64,000 nucleotides of DNA from an uncultured Chloroflexia bacterium (GCA_963734535.1 CAVTHS010000002.1:32001-96000); one strand, 5' to 3'; shown: positions 51,739-63,840, counted from the first letter of the stretch. Notes: generated by a model from the letters alone, not told the origin. Numbers and translations: made by a program.

Positions 51739-52710
51739 TCAGTGCCCGCGCTCGCCCCGGACATAGTGGATGCCAAGCGCTGCCGGGGCCCCGATCCGCT
51801 TCCTGATGGCCTCGCCCGACACGGCGACCAGGACGAGGATGATGAGGATGTAGGGCACCATCCCCAGGAAGAACGTGAGGGTGTGGTTCACGTAGAACGG
51901 GTTCGGGAAGCCGAACAGCTCCTGCGGGCCCTGGATGTCGATGAGCATCCGCCCGATCGCGGCGAACGCATAGGCGCCGACGGCCGCCCGGCCCACGCCC
52001 CACTGGGCGAAGATCACGATCGCGATCGCGATCCAGCCCTGGCCGTTGACCGTCAGGTCGCCAAACCAGCCGGGCGAGATGGCCAGCGTGATCGTTGCCC
52101 CGGCGAGGCCGGCGAAGCAAGCCCCCGACGATGACGTAGGCATACCGCAGCCGGTAGACGTCGACACCGAGGGTGTCGGCTGCCGTCGGGCTTTCGCCGA
52201 CCGCGCGGAGATGGAGTCCCGGCCGCGTCCGGTTGATCCAGTACCAGGCGATCGGGACGAGGGCGTACGCCAAGGTAGACGAGGATGCTCTGGTCGTGGA
52301 AGAAGATCTGGCCCGATGACCGGCACGTCGTCGAGCACGGGGATGGTGACGTTCGGCAGCAGGGACGTGGCGCCTGCCTTCGACAGGCCCTCGCCGAGGA
52401 CCCGCGCGAGGCCTGTGCCCAGCAGCGTGAGCGACAGGCCCGACACGATCTGATCCGCCTCGAAATGGATCGTGACGACCGCGTGGAGGAGGCTGAGGGC
52501 AGCCCCGGCGAGCATCGCCGCCGCGACCCCGAGCCACGGGTTCCCCGTCGCGACGACGGTCGCAAAGCCGGCCACCGCGCCGATCAGCATCATGCCCTCG
52601 ACGCCGAGGTTCACGACGCCGGCCCGCTCGGCGAAGATCTCGCCGAGGGCGGCGAAGAACAGGACCGTGCCGGTCCCGATGCCCGCGGCGAGGATGACGA
52701 TCGGGTCCAT
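51739..52710 (-). CDS. Nucleoside ABC transporter permease 2 (two compensating frameshifts)
   Basis: ERAGVVNLGVEG, GLHLRAVGESP (alternate frame), GQGWIAIA, PAALG. Confidence 0.88.
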   Translation of the reverse strand: MDPIVILAAGIGTGTVLFFAALGEIFAERAGVVNLGVEGMMLIGAVAGFATVVATGNPWLGVAAAMLAGAALSLLHAVVTIHFEADQIVSGLSLTLLGTGLARVLGEGLSKAGATSLLPNVTIPVLDDVPVIGPDLLPRPEHPRLPWRTPSSRSPGTGSTGRGRDSISARSAKARRQPTPSVSTSTGCGMPTSSSGACFAGLAGATITLAISPGWFGDLTVNGQGWIAIAIVIFAQWGVGRAAVGAYAFAAIGRMLIDIQGPQELFGFPNPFYVNHTLTFFLGMVPYILIILVLVAVSGEAIRKRIGAPAALGIHYVRGERGH

Positions 52711-52711
52711 G

Positions 52712-53827
52712 TCAGGCTCCCCGCCGCAGGCTGATGCGGTATCGGATGAGCACATCGCTCGTGATGACCGCGAACAGGACGATGCCCTGGATCATCGCCG
52801 GGATCCCCGACGGCTGGATCTCGCGCCCCGCGAGGATCAGCGCGCCGAAGAGGATCGACGCCACGATCACCCCGAGGGGTGAGAAGCGGGCGAGGTACGC
52901 GATGATGATCGCCGTGAATCCGTACCCGGGCGAGAAGTTGTCCTGGAGGCGATGGACGACGCCCGCGACCTCGCTCATCCCGGCGAGACCGGCCAGCCCT
53001 CCCGAGACCACGAAGACGAGGACGATGTTGCGACGGATGTTCACTCCCGCGTACCTGGCGGCCTGCGGGCTGTCGCCGACCAGCCTGATCACGTAGCCCC
53101 AGGCGCTGCGACCGAGCAGGAACCACAGGATTCCCGCGGCGATCACGGCGACGACGAAGCCGAGGTGGACGGTCAGACCGCCGAAGGCCGGGACCGCCGT
53201 CGAGAAGTCCGTCAGGCGTGGGAGCCAGGCTTCCTTCTGGAACTGCCTCGTCATCTGGAAGCCGCCCTCGCTCCACGGCCCGAAGACCCAGAACTGGATC
53301 CAGAGCAGGGCGACGTAGTTGAGCATCAGCGTGACGATGATCTCGTTGACTGCCAGGTAGGCCTTGAGGATCCCCGGGATCAGGCCCCACAGCGCTCCGC
53401 ACACGAACCCGGCGAGCATCATGGCCGGGATCAGGATGAACCCGGGCGTGCCGGCTGGGATGAGCGGGACGAGGACGACCGCGCTCGCACCCCATGCACC
53501 GAGCAGCAGCTGTCCCTCCGCGCCGATGTTCCAGAGGCGCATCCGGAACGCGAGTGCGCACGCGAGCCCGGTCAGGATCAGCGGGGTCGCCTTCACCAGG
53601 GTGTCCGAGATGACCCCGACGCTGCCGAAGGCGGCGTTGAAGATGTGAGCGTACGAACGAACGGGATCGCCGCCGACAATGGCGATGATCACGCCGCTGA
53701 ACACGAGGGCGAAGAGGATCGCCACCAGCGTGGTCAGGGGCGCCCACGAGGGCGGCTCGAGGCGGCGCTCCATGTGGATCGACCATCGCCGGGACGCCGC
53801 GACCGGACGAGGGGCGCCGGCGATCAT
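52712..53827 (-). CDS. Nucleoside ABC transporter permease 1
   Basis: NIGAEGQ, NEIIVTLMLNY, GYGFTAI. Confidence 0.9.
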   Translation of the reverse strand: MIAGAPRPVAASRRWSIHMERRLEPPSWAPLTTLVAILFALVFSGVIIAIVGGDPVRSYAHIFNAAFGSVGVISDTLVKATPLILTGLACALAFRMRLWNIGAEGQLLLGAWGASAVVLVPLIPAGTPGFILIPAMMLAGFVCGALWGLIPGILKAYLAVNEIIVTLMLNYVALLWIQFWVFGPWSEGGFQMTRQFQKEAWLPRLTDFSTAVPAFGGLTVHLGFVVAVIAAGILWFLLGRSAWGYVIRLVGDSPQAARYAGVNIRRNIVLVFVVSGGLAGLAGMSEVAGVVHRLQDNFSPGYGFTAIIIAYLARFSPLGVIVASILFGALILAGREIQPSGIPAMIQGIVLFAVITSDVLIRYRISLRRGA

Positions 53828-55501
53828 GGCGCCTCGCTCCGGTTCCCGGATGTCCCTGGCGCGACTTCGGCTGGCGAGCCGGGCGATGGCGTGGCTCCCG
53901 GGCCATCCGCCGTCGCGTCGGCCGCGGTCGGCTCGGCAGCGGTCGATTCGGTCGCCGCCGATGGCGGCTGCCAGTCCCCGCCCGTCATCATCGATCCCCA
54001 GCCCGTTGATGTCCACCGCCCCGGCCTCGAACGGGCCGTGCAGGCGACCTTCATACATGACCGCGACCCGGTCCGCGAGGGCAAGGATCTCGTCGAGGTC
54101 CTCCGAGATCAGCACCGTCGCGCAGCCCTGGTCCCGTCGCGCCAGCAGCAGCCGATGGACGGCTTCGATCGCGCCAACGTCCAGCCCCCGGGTCGGCTGC
54201 ACGGCCACCATGAGGCGCGGCTGGAGATCGATCTCGCGGGCAAGGATCATTCGCTGCAGGTTGCCGCCGGACAGGAGGCGGACGGCCGTGTCGACGGACG
54301 GCGTGCTGATCTGGTACTCGGCGCGCAGATCCTCGGCGACCCGGTGGGCCGCAGACGTGTCGATGACCCAGCTGCGGCCCACGGGAGCGGAGCGGAACCG
54401 CTTCATGATCAGGTTGTCGGTGACCGACAGATTCGGAGCGCTTCCAACGCCGGTGCGATCCTCGGGCACGTGGGCCATGCCACGGCGGATCACGTCGGCG
54501 GGCGAGTGGGCAGGCCTGGTCTCGCCGGTGAACGAGATCAGGCCACGATGCGGCCGCAGGCCCGTGATCACCTGGGCAAGCTCGCTCTGGCCGTTGCCGG
54601 CGACCCCGGCGACGCCGACGATCTCCCCGGCGCGCACGTCGAGCGAGACATCACGCAGTGCGGGGAGGCCGCGATCGTTCTCCGCGTCCACGCCACGCAG
54701 GGACAAGAGGACCCCGCCCGGGTGGCCAGGCGTCCGCTCGACGACATCGAGGACTGAGCGACCGACCATCAGGCGCGCGAGCTCCGGCCTCGACGTGGAC
54801 GACGTCGCGATGCCCGCCGCGGTCACGGCACCCCGGCGCATGACGGTGATCCGGTCGGCGATCGCGACGACCTCGGCGAGCTTGTGGCTGATGAAGACGA
54901 TCGAATGGCCCTGCGCGGTCATCGTCCGAAGCGTCCGGAACAGCTCGTCGACCTCCTGGGGAGCGAGCACGGCGGTCGGCTCGTCCATGATCAGGATCCG
55001 CACGCCGCGGTAGAGCATCTTGAGGATCTCGACCCGCTGCTGCTCCCCGACCGACAGCTGCCAGACCTTCGCTCGCGGGTCGACCCGCATGCCGAAGCTC
55101 TCGCCGAGCGAGGCGATCTCGCCGTCGAAGCGGTCGAGACGCAGGCGGAAGCGTGGACGGTCGAGGCCGAGCAGGATGTTCTCAGTCACCGTCTGGGACG
55201 GGACGAGCGTGAAATGCTGGTGCACCATCCCGAGGCCCGCCGAGATCGCGTCGCGTGGGGAATGGAAGTCGACAAGGTTCCCCTCGACGCGCAGTGTCCC
55301 CTCATCGGGCCGGTAGAGGCCCGCGAGGACGTTCATCAGGGTGCTCTTGCCGGCACCGTTCTCGCCGAGCAGGGCGTGGACCTCGCCGGCGCGCACGTCG
55401 AAGTCCACGTGGTCGTTGGCCAGGACGCCCGGGAATCGCTTGACGATCCCGCGCAGCTCAACGGCCAGTGCGCGGGTGTCCGGGACTGGGGATGGCTGCA
55501 C
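53824..55501 (-). CDS. Nucleoside ABC transporter ATPase (frameshift near 53995)
   Basis: GENGAGKST, MVHQHF, LSGGNLQR, PTRGLD. The true C-terminus (MMTGG..SEAP*) is in another frame with ATGA coupling. Confidence 0.92.
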
Positions 55502-55532
55502 CGGCAACGCGCCCTCGCGTGGGGTGGAATGG

Positions 55533-55568
55533 AGCGAGGCCCGCGGCGTCATCGCCGCGGGCCTCGCT
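55533..55568 (-). terminator. Intercistronic 16-bp hairpin after BMP gene
   Basis: AGCGAGGCCCGCGGCG-TCAT-CGCCGCGGGCCTCGCT. Confidence 0.65.
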
Positions 55569-55576
55569 GTGCCGGT

Positions 55577-56845
55577 CTACTGGGTCGGGATCGTCCCCGT
55601 GACGCCCTCGGCGAACCAGTGCATGCAGACCTTGCACTCACTGCCGGGAGCGCCGGGCGGGAACTGGTCCAGGTCGGCTTGGACGAGCTTGGCGCCGGCG
55701 GCAAGGACCTCCTTGCCGGTGTTGTCCTTGATCGGACCGGCGAAGACGTCGAAGCGGGTGAAGGTGCCGGCGAGCATCTTGGCGAGCGTGTCCTTGACCA
55801 TCTGCACGTCGGCCGCGGGCAGGTCCTTGATCCCCGGCTGTGGGCGTCTGGCCGTCCATGAAGCCGAACAGGCCGAGCGACTTGGTCTCGGCGTCGAAGT
55901 ACTCGTAGCCGGCCTTGTAGGTCTTCGCCTTGACCTGCTCGCCGATCCGCGCGTACTCGGGGCCCCACAGCCAGTAGATGGTCGTCAGGCAATGATCCAC
56001 CTTGCACGAGCTGTAGTGGTCGTACGTGACGCCCCACTTGCCCTTCTCCTGGGCGACATCGGCGACGGCCGGCGTGTCGGCGCCGGTGAGGACCACGTCA
56101 GCGCCGGCATCGAAGAGCGAGGCGGCGGCGTCCTTCTCCTTCACCGGGTCATGCCAGGTGTTGATCCAGCGCACGTCCATCGTGCACTCGGGGCACGTCT
56201 TCTTTGCGCCCAGCATGAACGCGTTGCCCAGGCGCAGCTCCTCCGGGATCGGGAACGTCGCCATGTAGCCGAGCTTGGGGATCTTGTCGAGCTTGGCCCG
56301 TGATCCGGCCAGCATGCCGGCCAGGTACTTCATGTCCTCCATGGCGCCCATCAGGTTGCCGAAGTTCTTCCCGTTCGACTTGTACCCCGTGAGGTGGAGG
56401 AACGTCTGGTTCGGAAACTCCTCGGCAACCGCCGCCATCGGGTCCATGTACCCGAAGCTGGTGCCAAGGATGAAGTCGAAGCCCTTGCGTGCGAGGCTCC
56501 GGAAGACCTGCTCCGAGTCGGCGCCCTCGGGCACGTTCTCGATGTACGCGACGTGCGAGTTCGCGACGTGGTCACAGAGGTAGACCAGGCCGTCGTAGTG
56601 CGCCTGGCTCCATCCGCCGTCGTCGTGCGGTCCGATGAGGACCATGGCGACGTTGAACTGGCCGGCGACGACGTCCGGGATCTGAGCCCGCCGCTCGCGG
56701 CGCCGGCCTCGCACGTCGTGGCGCTCGATGCGGCCGCACTTGCGCCCGCGGCCGACGGGCTTGGGCTCGCGCCGGACGAGCAGGCGCTGACGATGAGCGC
56801 ACCCGTCGCGAGCAGCGACAGGGGCTTCAGGAGTCGGCTGGCCAT
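55577..56845 (-). CDS. BMP family (purine nucleoside) substrate-binding lipoprotein (2 frameshifts)
   Basis: LIVSAC lipobox, DGGWSQAH, ENVPE, TSFGY, YLAG, WHDP. Confidence 0.9.
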
Positions 56846-57035
56846 TCTAACGTCCTCTCCTCCGCGCACTCACCTGGCCGATCGGGCTGCTGCTGGCCGT
56901 GCGACAGGGGACGCGACTGCCGCGCAGCGATGGGACCCGTCACCGGGTGCGAGCGCACCCAAAGGATAGCCCTCCGCGACCCGGCCGATGGGTCGCCGGC
57001 GTCCGGCAGGGTTTCGTTTCGGCTACCCTTCCGCG

Positions 57036-58323
57036 GTGTTCGAACGAACGGCGCTGCCCAACGGGCCACGCGTCATCACTGCGCGTCTGGCGGGCGCCCG
57101 CTCGTTCACGGTGGAGGCGCACGTCCTGGCGGGCTCGCGCCACGAGGCACCCGGGCAGGCCGGTTGCGCGCATTTCATGGAGCACCTGACGTTCAAGGGA
57201 ACGCGGGCCTATCCGACGACGCGCGCACTCTCCGAGGCGGTGGAGGGCCTCGGCGGCACCTTCAACGCATCGACGGATCGCGAATCGACCGTCTACTACG
57301 TCCGCGTCCCGTCGCGCCACGCCGCAACCGCGATGCAGGTGCTGGGCGAGCTCGTCGTCCGGCCCAACCTCGACGAGGCGGAGATCGAGAACGAGCGGGA
57401 TGTCATCGTCGAGGAGATCCGCTCGTACCTCGACGACCCGGCCGAGCACGTGAACGTTCTCTTCGATCTCGCGATCTTCGACGACACGCCGCTGGGCCGC
57501 GAGATCGCCGGGTCGGAGGAGAGCGTGCGAACGCTCCCGGCGCCGGCCATCCGCGAGTTCTGGCAGACCTACTACCAGCCCTCGAACGTCGTGGTGGCCG
57601 CCTCCGGCGACCTTCCCCACGACGAGGTCGTGGCGCTCGCCGGAGGCGTTCGGGACCGGCGGCGGGACCATTCCCGGCTACCTGCCGGCGCCCGCCATCC
57701 CCGCCGGCGAGCGAAGCCTGCGCGCGTCCCGGCCGTCGACGCAGGCGCAGCTGGTCCTGGGCGTCCCGGCGCTCCCGCGCGATCATCCCGATCAGTGGAC
57801 GCTCTCCGTCCTCAACGCGGTGCTCGGCGACGGCATGTCGAGCCGCCTCTTCCTGGAAGTCCGCGAGGAGCTCGGGCTCGCCTACGACGTCGGCAGCTCC
57901 ATCGTCGCCTACAGCGACGCGGGCGTCCTGTCGGTCTATGCGGGCGTCGACCCGAGGCGGATCAGGCCCACCATCGCCGCGGTGCTCGCCGAGCTTGCCC
58001 GCATGCGGGACGAGGACGTCCCCGACCACGAGATGACGAAGGTGAAGGCGTACCTCGCTGGCCGCCTGGAGCTGCGCCTGGACGAGACCCGCTACCTGGC
58101 GTCCTGGGTGGGAACGCAGGAAGCCCTCCACGACCGGGTGATGACCCCGGACGAGGCGCTCGCCGCCATCGAGGCGGTGACCGTCGCGGACGTCCGTGCG
58201 CTTGCCGGGCGGCTCTTCCACGACGACGCGCTGCGCCTTGCCGTCGTGGCACCCGCCGGGAAGGGTCGGTCGCTCGAGTCGACGCTCCGGATCCCGGTTC
58301 GCGGCGCACGGGCCCGCCGATGA
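57036..58323 (+). CDS. M16 (pitrilysin) peptidase (frameshift near 57645)
   Basis: AGSR, AHFMEH, FNAST, LGDGMSSRLF..REELGLAY. Confidence 0.92.
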
Positions 58324-59256
58324 CCCTGCCGATGCCTCCACCGGACGGTGAGACGGCGGAAGGGCCCGCTCGCACCGACGGCCGACTCGCCCGGCTCCAC
58401 CTCGGCACCGGCCTCCTGCGCCTCGCTCGCGTCGAGCTCGAGGAGCTGGCCGGCGAGGGCCGCCTCGACGCGGACGGCGTCCTGGACCTCGCGGAGGCCC
58501 GCTGGCGGACCGGCGACCTGCGCGGCGCCGCGGAGGCGGCCGGCGCCTGGCTCGAGGCGGGCGCGGCGACGGGCGAGGCGGAGACCGGTGGGCGCGCCGT
58601 GGCGCTGGCCCATGCCCTCATCGCGGAAGCCCTGACGGTCCGGGGCCGCGACGACGAAGCCGCCGGCCACGTGGCGGCAACCCTCGCCGCCCTGGCGCCC
58701 GGGTCCCCCGGGCAGGAGGGACCGCCGGCCCCTGCCCGAACCGTCGCCAGCGCCCTCGATGCCCTGTTCGCCGGGATCGTGCCGCGGGCGGACGCCTGGC
58801 CGGCGTTCGATCCGGGAGACCGGGGCGCGGCGTCCGCGGACCGTGTGTCGGTGGGAGGGGCCGTGCACCCACGTTCCGTACGCGGGATCTGCGATCCCCG
58901 ACCCGGTGGCGGCCGCGGATGACCGGCTGGGAGCCGGTGACGACGAGGCTGCCGCGGTGCTCCTCATCCTTGCCCTGCGCGCCACGCCGATCCGGGCGCA
59001 GGAGGTCCTGCAGCGGGCGGACGCGGCCCTGGCCGCACGATCCGGCGCCGGGCTCCTTCTCGCGCGCGCCGAGGCCCTCCGCGTCCTCGGCCGCCACGAG
59101 GCTGCCGGCATCGCCTACGCTGTCGCCGACGCACACGCCCGCGGCGTTGCGCCGGCCCTGTCCCCGGCACCCGATCCCGATCCGCCGGATCCCCCGGTCG
59201 ATCAAGAGACCGGCACGGACGCCACAGCGGCCCCCCCCGAATGGAGTCCCGAATGA
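58320..59256 (+). CDS. Hypothetical helical (TPR-like) protein (apparent frameshift near 58850)
   Basis: ATGA-coupled to both M16 and ndk; LAEARWRTGD..AA and LARAEALRVLGRHEAA TPR-like helices. Confidence 0.6.
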
Positions 59257-59711
59257 CCGAACGAAGCCTCGTCCTCATCAAGCCCGACGGCGTGCAGCGC
59301 CTCCTGGTCGGCCGCGTCATTGCCCGGTTCGAGGATCGCGGCCTGAAGCTGGTCGGGCTGAAGCTCGTCTCGGTCTCGCGCGAGCTCGCGGAGCGGCACT
59401 ACGCGATCCACCGGGACAAGCCTTTCTTCGCCGGACTCGTCGCCTTCATCACGTCCAGCCCGCTCGTCGCGATGGCGCTCGAGGGCCCGAACGCCATCGG
59501 CGTCGTCCGCTCGATGGTCGGTGCGACCCGTCCGTGGGAGGCCGCCCCGGGAACCATCCGCGGCGACTTCGCGCTGGAGGTCTCGCAGAACCTGATCCAT
59601 GCGTCCGACGGACCCGAGACCGCCACGGCCGAGCTCGGCCTCTGGTTCCCCGAGGGGATCCTGGCCTACCCCCGCGAGATCGACCGCTGGGCGCTCGCGC
59701 CGAACGGCTGA
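59253..59711 (+). CDS. ndk: Nucleoside diphosphate kinase
   Basis: IKPDGVQR, HY, PGTIRGD, NLIHASD. Confidence 0.97.
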   Translation: MTERSLVLIKPDGVQRLLVGRVIARFEDRGLKLVGLKLVSVSRELAERHYAIHRDKPFFAGLVAFITSSPLVAMALEGPNAIGVVRSMVGATRPWEAAPGTIRGDFALEVSQNLIHASDGPETATAELGLWFPEGILAYPREIDRWALAPNG

Positions 59712-59745
59712 TCGGCGGCCGGGCCTGACCATCCGCCGTGGCTGA

Positions 59746-61333
59746 TCAGCCGCCCACCAGCGGACGCAGCGACGGGAGCGCCGGCCCGGCGGCTCGTGCG
59801 GCGGCGTCGATGCCGAACGCCCCGACCGCCGTGAGGAGCGCCAGCCCGGCGAGCAGGATCACCACGAACGCTCGAAGAGGCACGCGGTTGAGCTCGAGCG
59901 CCGGGCGTGCGTCCCGGCCGATCATGGCGGCGAGCCCGCGCAGTCGACCCGGCATTGACCTCGCGGCGGCTCGCGCGCGGGCGGACGAAGATCCGGCGGC
60001 GGCTCCGCCGGGAGACGGCGGGGTTGCGGGTTCGGAGGTCACGCCCGACGGTCGCCCCGGGAGGCGCGGCACCTCGCTGATGGTCCCGGCCACGATCGCC
60101 GATGGGCGGCCCGCGCCGACCAGGAGCAGGCGGCAGATGGCGACGCCGGTCCCGAGCGAGCCTGCGTAGGCCAGCAGGAACGCGGGCCCGGCGGTCGCCG
60201 ATTGCAGGATCGCGAGCCGCGCATCCCACGCCAGCAGGCCCGGCCACCCCACGACCGCGATCAGGATCGCGGCGAGCGCGACGCCCAGGGACGGCGCCCG
60301 GCGCAGCCAGCCCGCGGTATCGCGGAGGCGGCCGGTCCCGAAGGCGGCTCGGAACGCGATCGTCCAGCCGATCAGGGCCGTCCTCGTCGTGGCGAAGACG
60401 AGCACCCACGCTCGTGCCGCGTCGCGCGCCGCCGGGTCGAGCGCCGCGAGGGCGAGGAGCGCGATGCCCGCGTCCGCCACGATCGTGTACGCGACGACGT
60501 GGTCGACCTCGTCCTGGATGAGCGCGGCGACCGCCCCGAGCAGGAGCGTCATGAGCGCCAGGGTCACGATCAGCGCGCGCTCCAGGCCAAGCGCCGCCGA
60601 TGACGGACCGAGCGCAACCGGCACCCAGCCGAGGATCACGATGCCCCAGGCTGCCGGGAGCCACGCGGCGAGGATCGGCAGCGCGCTGGACGGCGTCGCA
60701 TCGGCCAGACGCGAGACGCGGGCATGCAGGGGGATCGCCCCGAATCGATGCGCCAGGACGAGTGCCATCCCGAGGAGCACGAGCGCGGTCGCGGCTGGCT
60801 CGGCGGGCACGGGACCCGCTCCCGTCGTGGCCGCAGCGTCCGGGCACGATCCCGGCGGCGACCAGGCCAACGACCACGCTCGTCGTGGCGCCCCGCAGCT
60901 CGCGCGCCAGGGCCCGGATGCGGGACGGAGCGGCGGGGCTCCCGAGCGCCAGCGCGCTGGCGGCCACGGTGGCGGCGGCCGCGCCGAGGAGGGCGGGCGC
61001 CGTCCCTGCGAGGCCCAGCGCCAGGGCGATGCCCGCCGCCCCGCCGAGCAGCGCCCCGGGTGCGGACGGCTGCCAGGTCGCGAGCCGCGCAACGATCAGC
61101 ACCAGGAGCCCGCTCGCAAGGCAGAGGACGAGCACGACGCGGAGGTGGTCGCTCCCGACGAGCGCGCCGCCGCCGATGCCGAGCGGGCCATCCGGCCGCA
61201 CGACGGTGGCTGCCCCAAGCGCGACGAGGATGGCGGCGATCGCCGCCAGCGTGCCCAGCCACCGGCGATCGCGGAGCACCGTAACGATCAGGGTTCCCAG
61301 GCTCGCGAGGGCCAGGAACGGGAGCAGGCTCAT
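59746..61333 (-). CDS. Proton-conducting membrane transporter subunit (Mrp/Nuo/Hyf-like; frameshift near 60845)
   Basis: Multi-TM; FGAIPLH, LLGAVAALIQ..VVAYT, GWLRRAP..VGWPG Proton_antipo_M-like pattern. Confidence 0.7.
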
Positions 61334-61969
61334 CGATGGTCGCTGTGGGTCCGGGAGATGGCCGGCTCGGCGGTCGGGGCCGTCGTCCGGGCCGCTCGTG
61401 CCGCCCAGTGCCGCCGCTCCGCCGCCGACCACCGCGACGGCCGCGGCAAGCGCGACGACCAGGATCGCGGCCGCGATGCCGGTCAAGGGCGGCGGGGTGC
61501 CGGCGAGCGCGGTGAGGACCAGGAGCCCCGACACGACGAGCACGATCAGCGCGGAGCCCAGCCGGAAGGGGTCGCGCGCGACCGCGATGGGTCCGATGGC
61601 GACGGCAAGCGCCGCGAGGCCGGCGGCGAGCGCAGCGTCGGGGCCCAGCCGGGGCAGCGTGATGGCGGTTGCGCCGATGCCCGCAGCGAAGCCGGCTGCG
61701 GCTGCGCCGATCGTGGCCGGGAGGCCGAGCGTGGGTGGGGCGCCGCCCGGCGCGCGCCGCGCGGCCACGTGGACCAGGAAGCCGGCAAGGATGCCGGCGA
61801 CGACGCCGAACGCGAGCGGCAGCGGCGCCTGCAGTGGATCGGCGACGAAGGGCGCCATGACGAGCAGGCCGACGAGGCCCAGCGAAGCCGTCCTCGTGTC
61901 CCTCACTCCTGTCGCAACCGCGGCCCCGACCCCGACGAGCGCGCCGGCGACGAGCAGGAGCGGGGTCAC
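61330..61969 (-). CDS. Hypothetical multi-pass membrane protein
   Basis: GTGA-coupled to lepB; 6-7 hydrophobic segments. Its stop is probably lost through an indel. Confidence 0.6.
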
Positions 61970-62572
61970 GGAACCGAGGGGCTCGGCCTCGCGTCGCCGT
62001 TCCCGATCGGCGCCGGGTAGGTGGGCGTGGGCAGGATCCCGAACGTCGAGAGCGGCCAGTACCGCAGCCAGGCCCGTCCGATCACCCGGTCGATCCCGAT
62101 CGTGCCGAAGGACCGGGAGTCTGCCGACGCCGCCCGGTGGTCGCCCATCACGAAGAGCTGGCCGGCTGGGCACCACCCATCGCGCAGGCTCCTGCGTCGC
62201 GGTCGTGGGCTGCTGATCGAAGAGGTATGGCTCGTCGAGCCTCACGTCGTTCACCCAGACCGCGCCGTCCTTGACGACGACGACGTCGCCGGGAAGCCCG
62301 ATGACGCGCTTGATGAAGGGCGTGCGCTGGGTCCCCTCCGACCAGGCGTCGGGCGGATCGAAGACCACGATGTCGCCGCGGCTGTACGGGTCGAAGCGAG
62401 GCGTCAGCTTGTCGACCAGGACGTACTGGTCAGGCTCCAGGGTTCGTTCCATCGACATCTGTTCGACGCGGTACGGTTGCGCCACGAACGTCTGGATCAC
62501 GAAGAAGATGATGAGCGTCAGGACGAGCGTCTCGACGATCTCGAAGAGGCACCCGAGGGGGCGTTTGGTCAC
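61966..62572 (-). CDS. lepB: Signal peptidase I (frameshift near 62165)
   Basis: SMERTL (Ser), RGDIVVF, IKRVIGLPGD (Lys), MGDHR..S.DSR.FG..IGRA in another frame. Confidence 0.95.
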
Positions 62573-62642
62573 AAGTCCGGCAGTATAGGGGCTGGCGTCG
62601 GCCGACGCCCCACGGACGTCCGCCCGGTGCGATGGAGAAGCG

Positions 62643-63698
62643 ATGCAGGGCTTCGGCGGGGTTGCCTCGATCGACCGGCAGGTGCTCCTGGAGGCACGCG
62701 CGTCGGACTATGCCCGGGTCGCCCTCGCCAACATCGCCCGCGAGTTCCCGGCCGACGTCTGGCACACGGTGCAGGGCCCGGACGACCTGCCGGTCAGGCC
62801 CCGCGAGCGGACTCCGGTCTTCTACGGCAGCTTCGACTGGCACTCGTGCGTGGAGATGCACTGGCTGCTGGTTCGGCTTCTCCGTGCCGTTCCCGCGGCG
62901 ATCCCGGCGGCAGCGATCCGGGCCGAGCTCGAGGCCCGCTTCGACGGGGCGAAGCTGGGCCTGGAGGCCCGGTTCATCGCCGATCCGGACAACCGGAACC
63001 GCGAGCGACCGTACGGCTGGGGATGGGGCCTCGCCCTCGTGCACGAGCTCGCCTCCTGGGACGACCCAGACGGACGGCGCTGGGCGGCGCGGTTCGAGCC
63101 GCTCGCGGATGCGCTCGCCTCCAACTTCCTGGGCTGGCTTCCGCGCGCCACCTACCCGGTTCGATACGGCGTCCACACGAACAGCGCATTCGGGATCTCG
63201 CTTGCGCTCGCGCACGGGCGAGACCGCGCCGCGGCCGGCGACCCGGCGCTGCTCGATGCCCTGGTGGGCGCCGCTCGCCGCTGGTTCGCCGAGGACGTCG
63301 ATTACCCGGCTGCCTGGGAACCGTCCGGCTTCGACTTCCTGTCGCCCGCCCTGGCGGAGGCCGAGCTGATGACCCAGCTGCTGCCAGGTCCCACCTTCGC
63401 CGCGTGGCTGGCCCGCTTCCTCCCCGGGATCGCGGCGGGTGAGCCGCGGGCGCTCTTCACGCCGGCCTTCGTGTCCGACGCGCGGGACGGTCACATCGCG
63501 CATCTCCACGGCCTCAACGCGAGCCGCGCATGGTGCTGGCGGCGCATCGCCGAGGCGCTTCCCGCCGGGGATCCGCGGGCGATCGTCGCCCGGGAGGCGA
63601 TGGCGCGCCACGCGGCGGCGGCCCTTCCGCACGCGGTGGGCGGTGACTACATGGTCGAGCACTGGCTGGCGGCCTACGTGGTGCTCCTCCTCTCCTGA
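62643..63698 (+). CDS. DUF2891 family protein
   Basis: FYGSFDWHS, ERPYGWGW, GVHTNSAF, EPSGFDFLSP, HLHGLNASR, EHWLA. Confidence 0.92.
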   Translation: MQGFGGVASIDRQVLLEARASDYARVALANIAREFPADVWHTVQGPDDLPVRPRERTPVFYGSFDWHSCVEMHWLLVRLLRAVPAAIPAAAIRAELEARFDGAKLGLEARFIADPDNRNRERPYGWGWGLALVHELASWDDPDGRRWAARFEPLADALASNFLGWLPRATYPVRYGVHTNSAFGISLALAHGRDRAAAGDPALLDALVGAARRWFAEDVDYPAAWEPSGFDFLSPALAEAELMTQLLPGPTFAAWLARFLPGIAAGEPRALFTPAFVSDARDGHIAHLHGLNASRAWCWRRIAEALPAGDPRAIVAREAMARHAAAALPHAVGGDYMVEHWLAAYVVLLLS

Positions 63699-63784
63699 GC
63701 CTGCGAGCGCCGCGCGACCGGCCGCCGGCACCGGTCGGGGCACCCGGCCGCGAGAGCACCCGGCCGTGACGGGGGCCAACAGGA

Positions 63785-63840
63785 CTGCATAAACCGGGCC
63801 TCTATGCAGATTGACCCGCGCCCCGACCGGACGCTATCCT
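63785..63840 (+). promoter_or_regulatory. Promoter with upstream inverted repeat for a gene starting at about 63981
   Basis: CTGCATA-N11-TATGCAG, then TTGACC-18 bp-TATCCT; GGGAGG and GTG at 63981 run off the window. Confidence 0.6.

Noticed and set aside
52712-55552. 946-aa ABC ATPase-permease fusion
   Set aside because: The ATPase C-terminus (MMTGG..*) is in another frame, ending in an ATGA overlap with the permease start. It is a frameshift artefact.
56846-56970. Purine riboswitch upstream of the BMP operon
   Set aside because: The leader has hairpins, but I cannot find the conserved purine-riboswitch core.
56988-58922. 644-aa M16-TPR fusion
   Set aside because: The M16 C-terminal domain is encoded in another frame (to 58323), and the intervening translation is low-complexity.
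59666-62572. 968-aa LepB-membrane-antiporter fusion ORF
   Set aside because: The LepB C-terminal motifs and the antiporter C-terminal half lie in other frames with normal stop/start overlaps. The fusion is an indel artefact.
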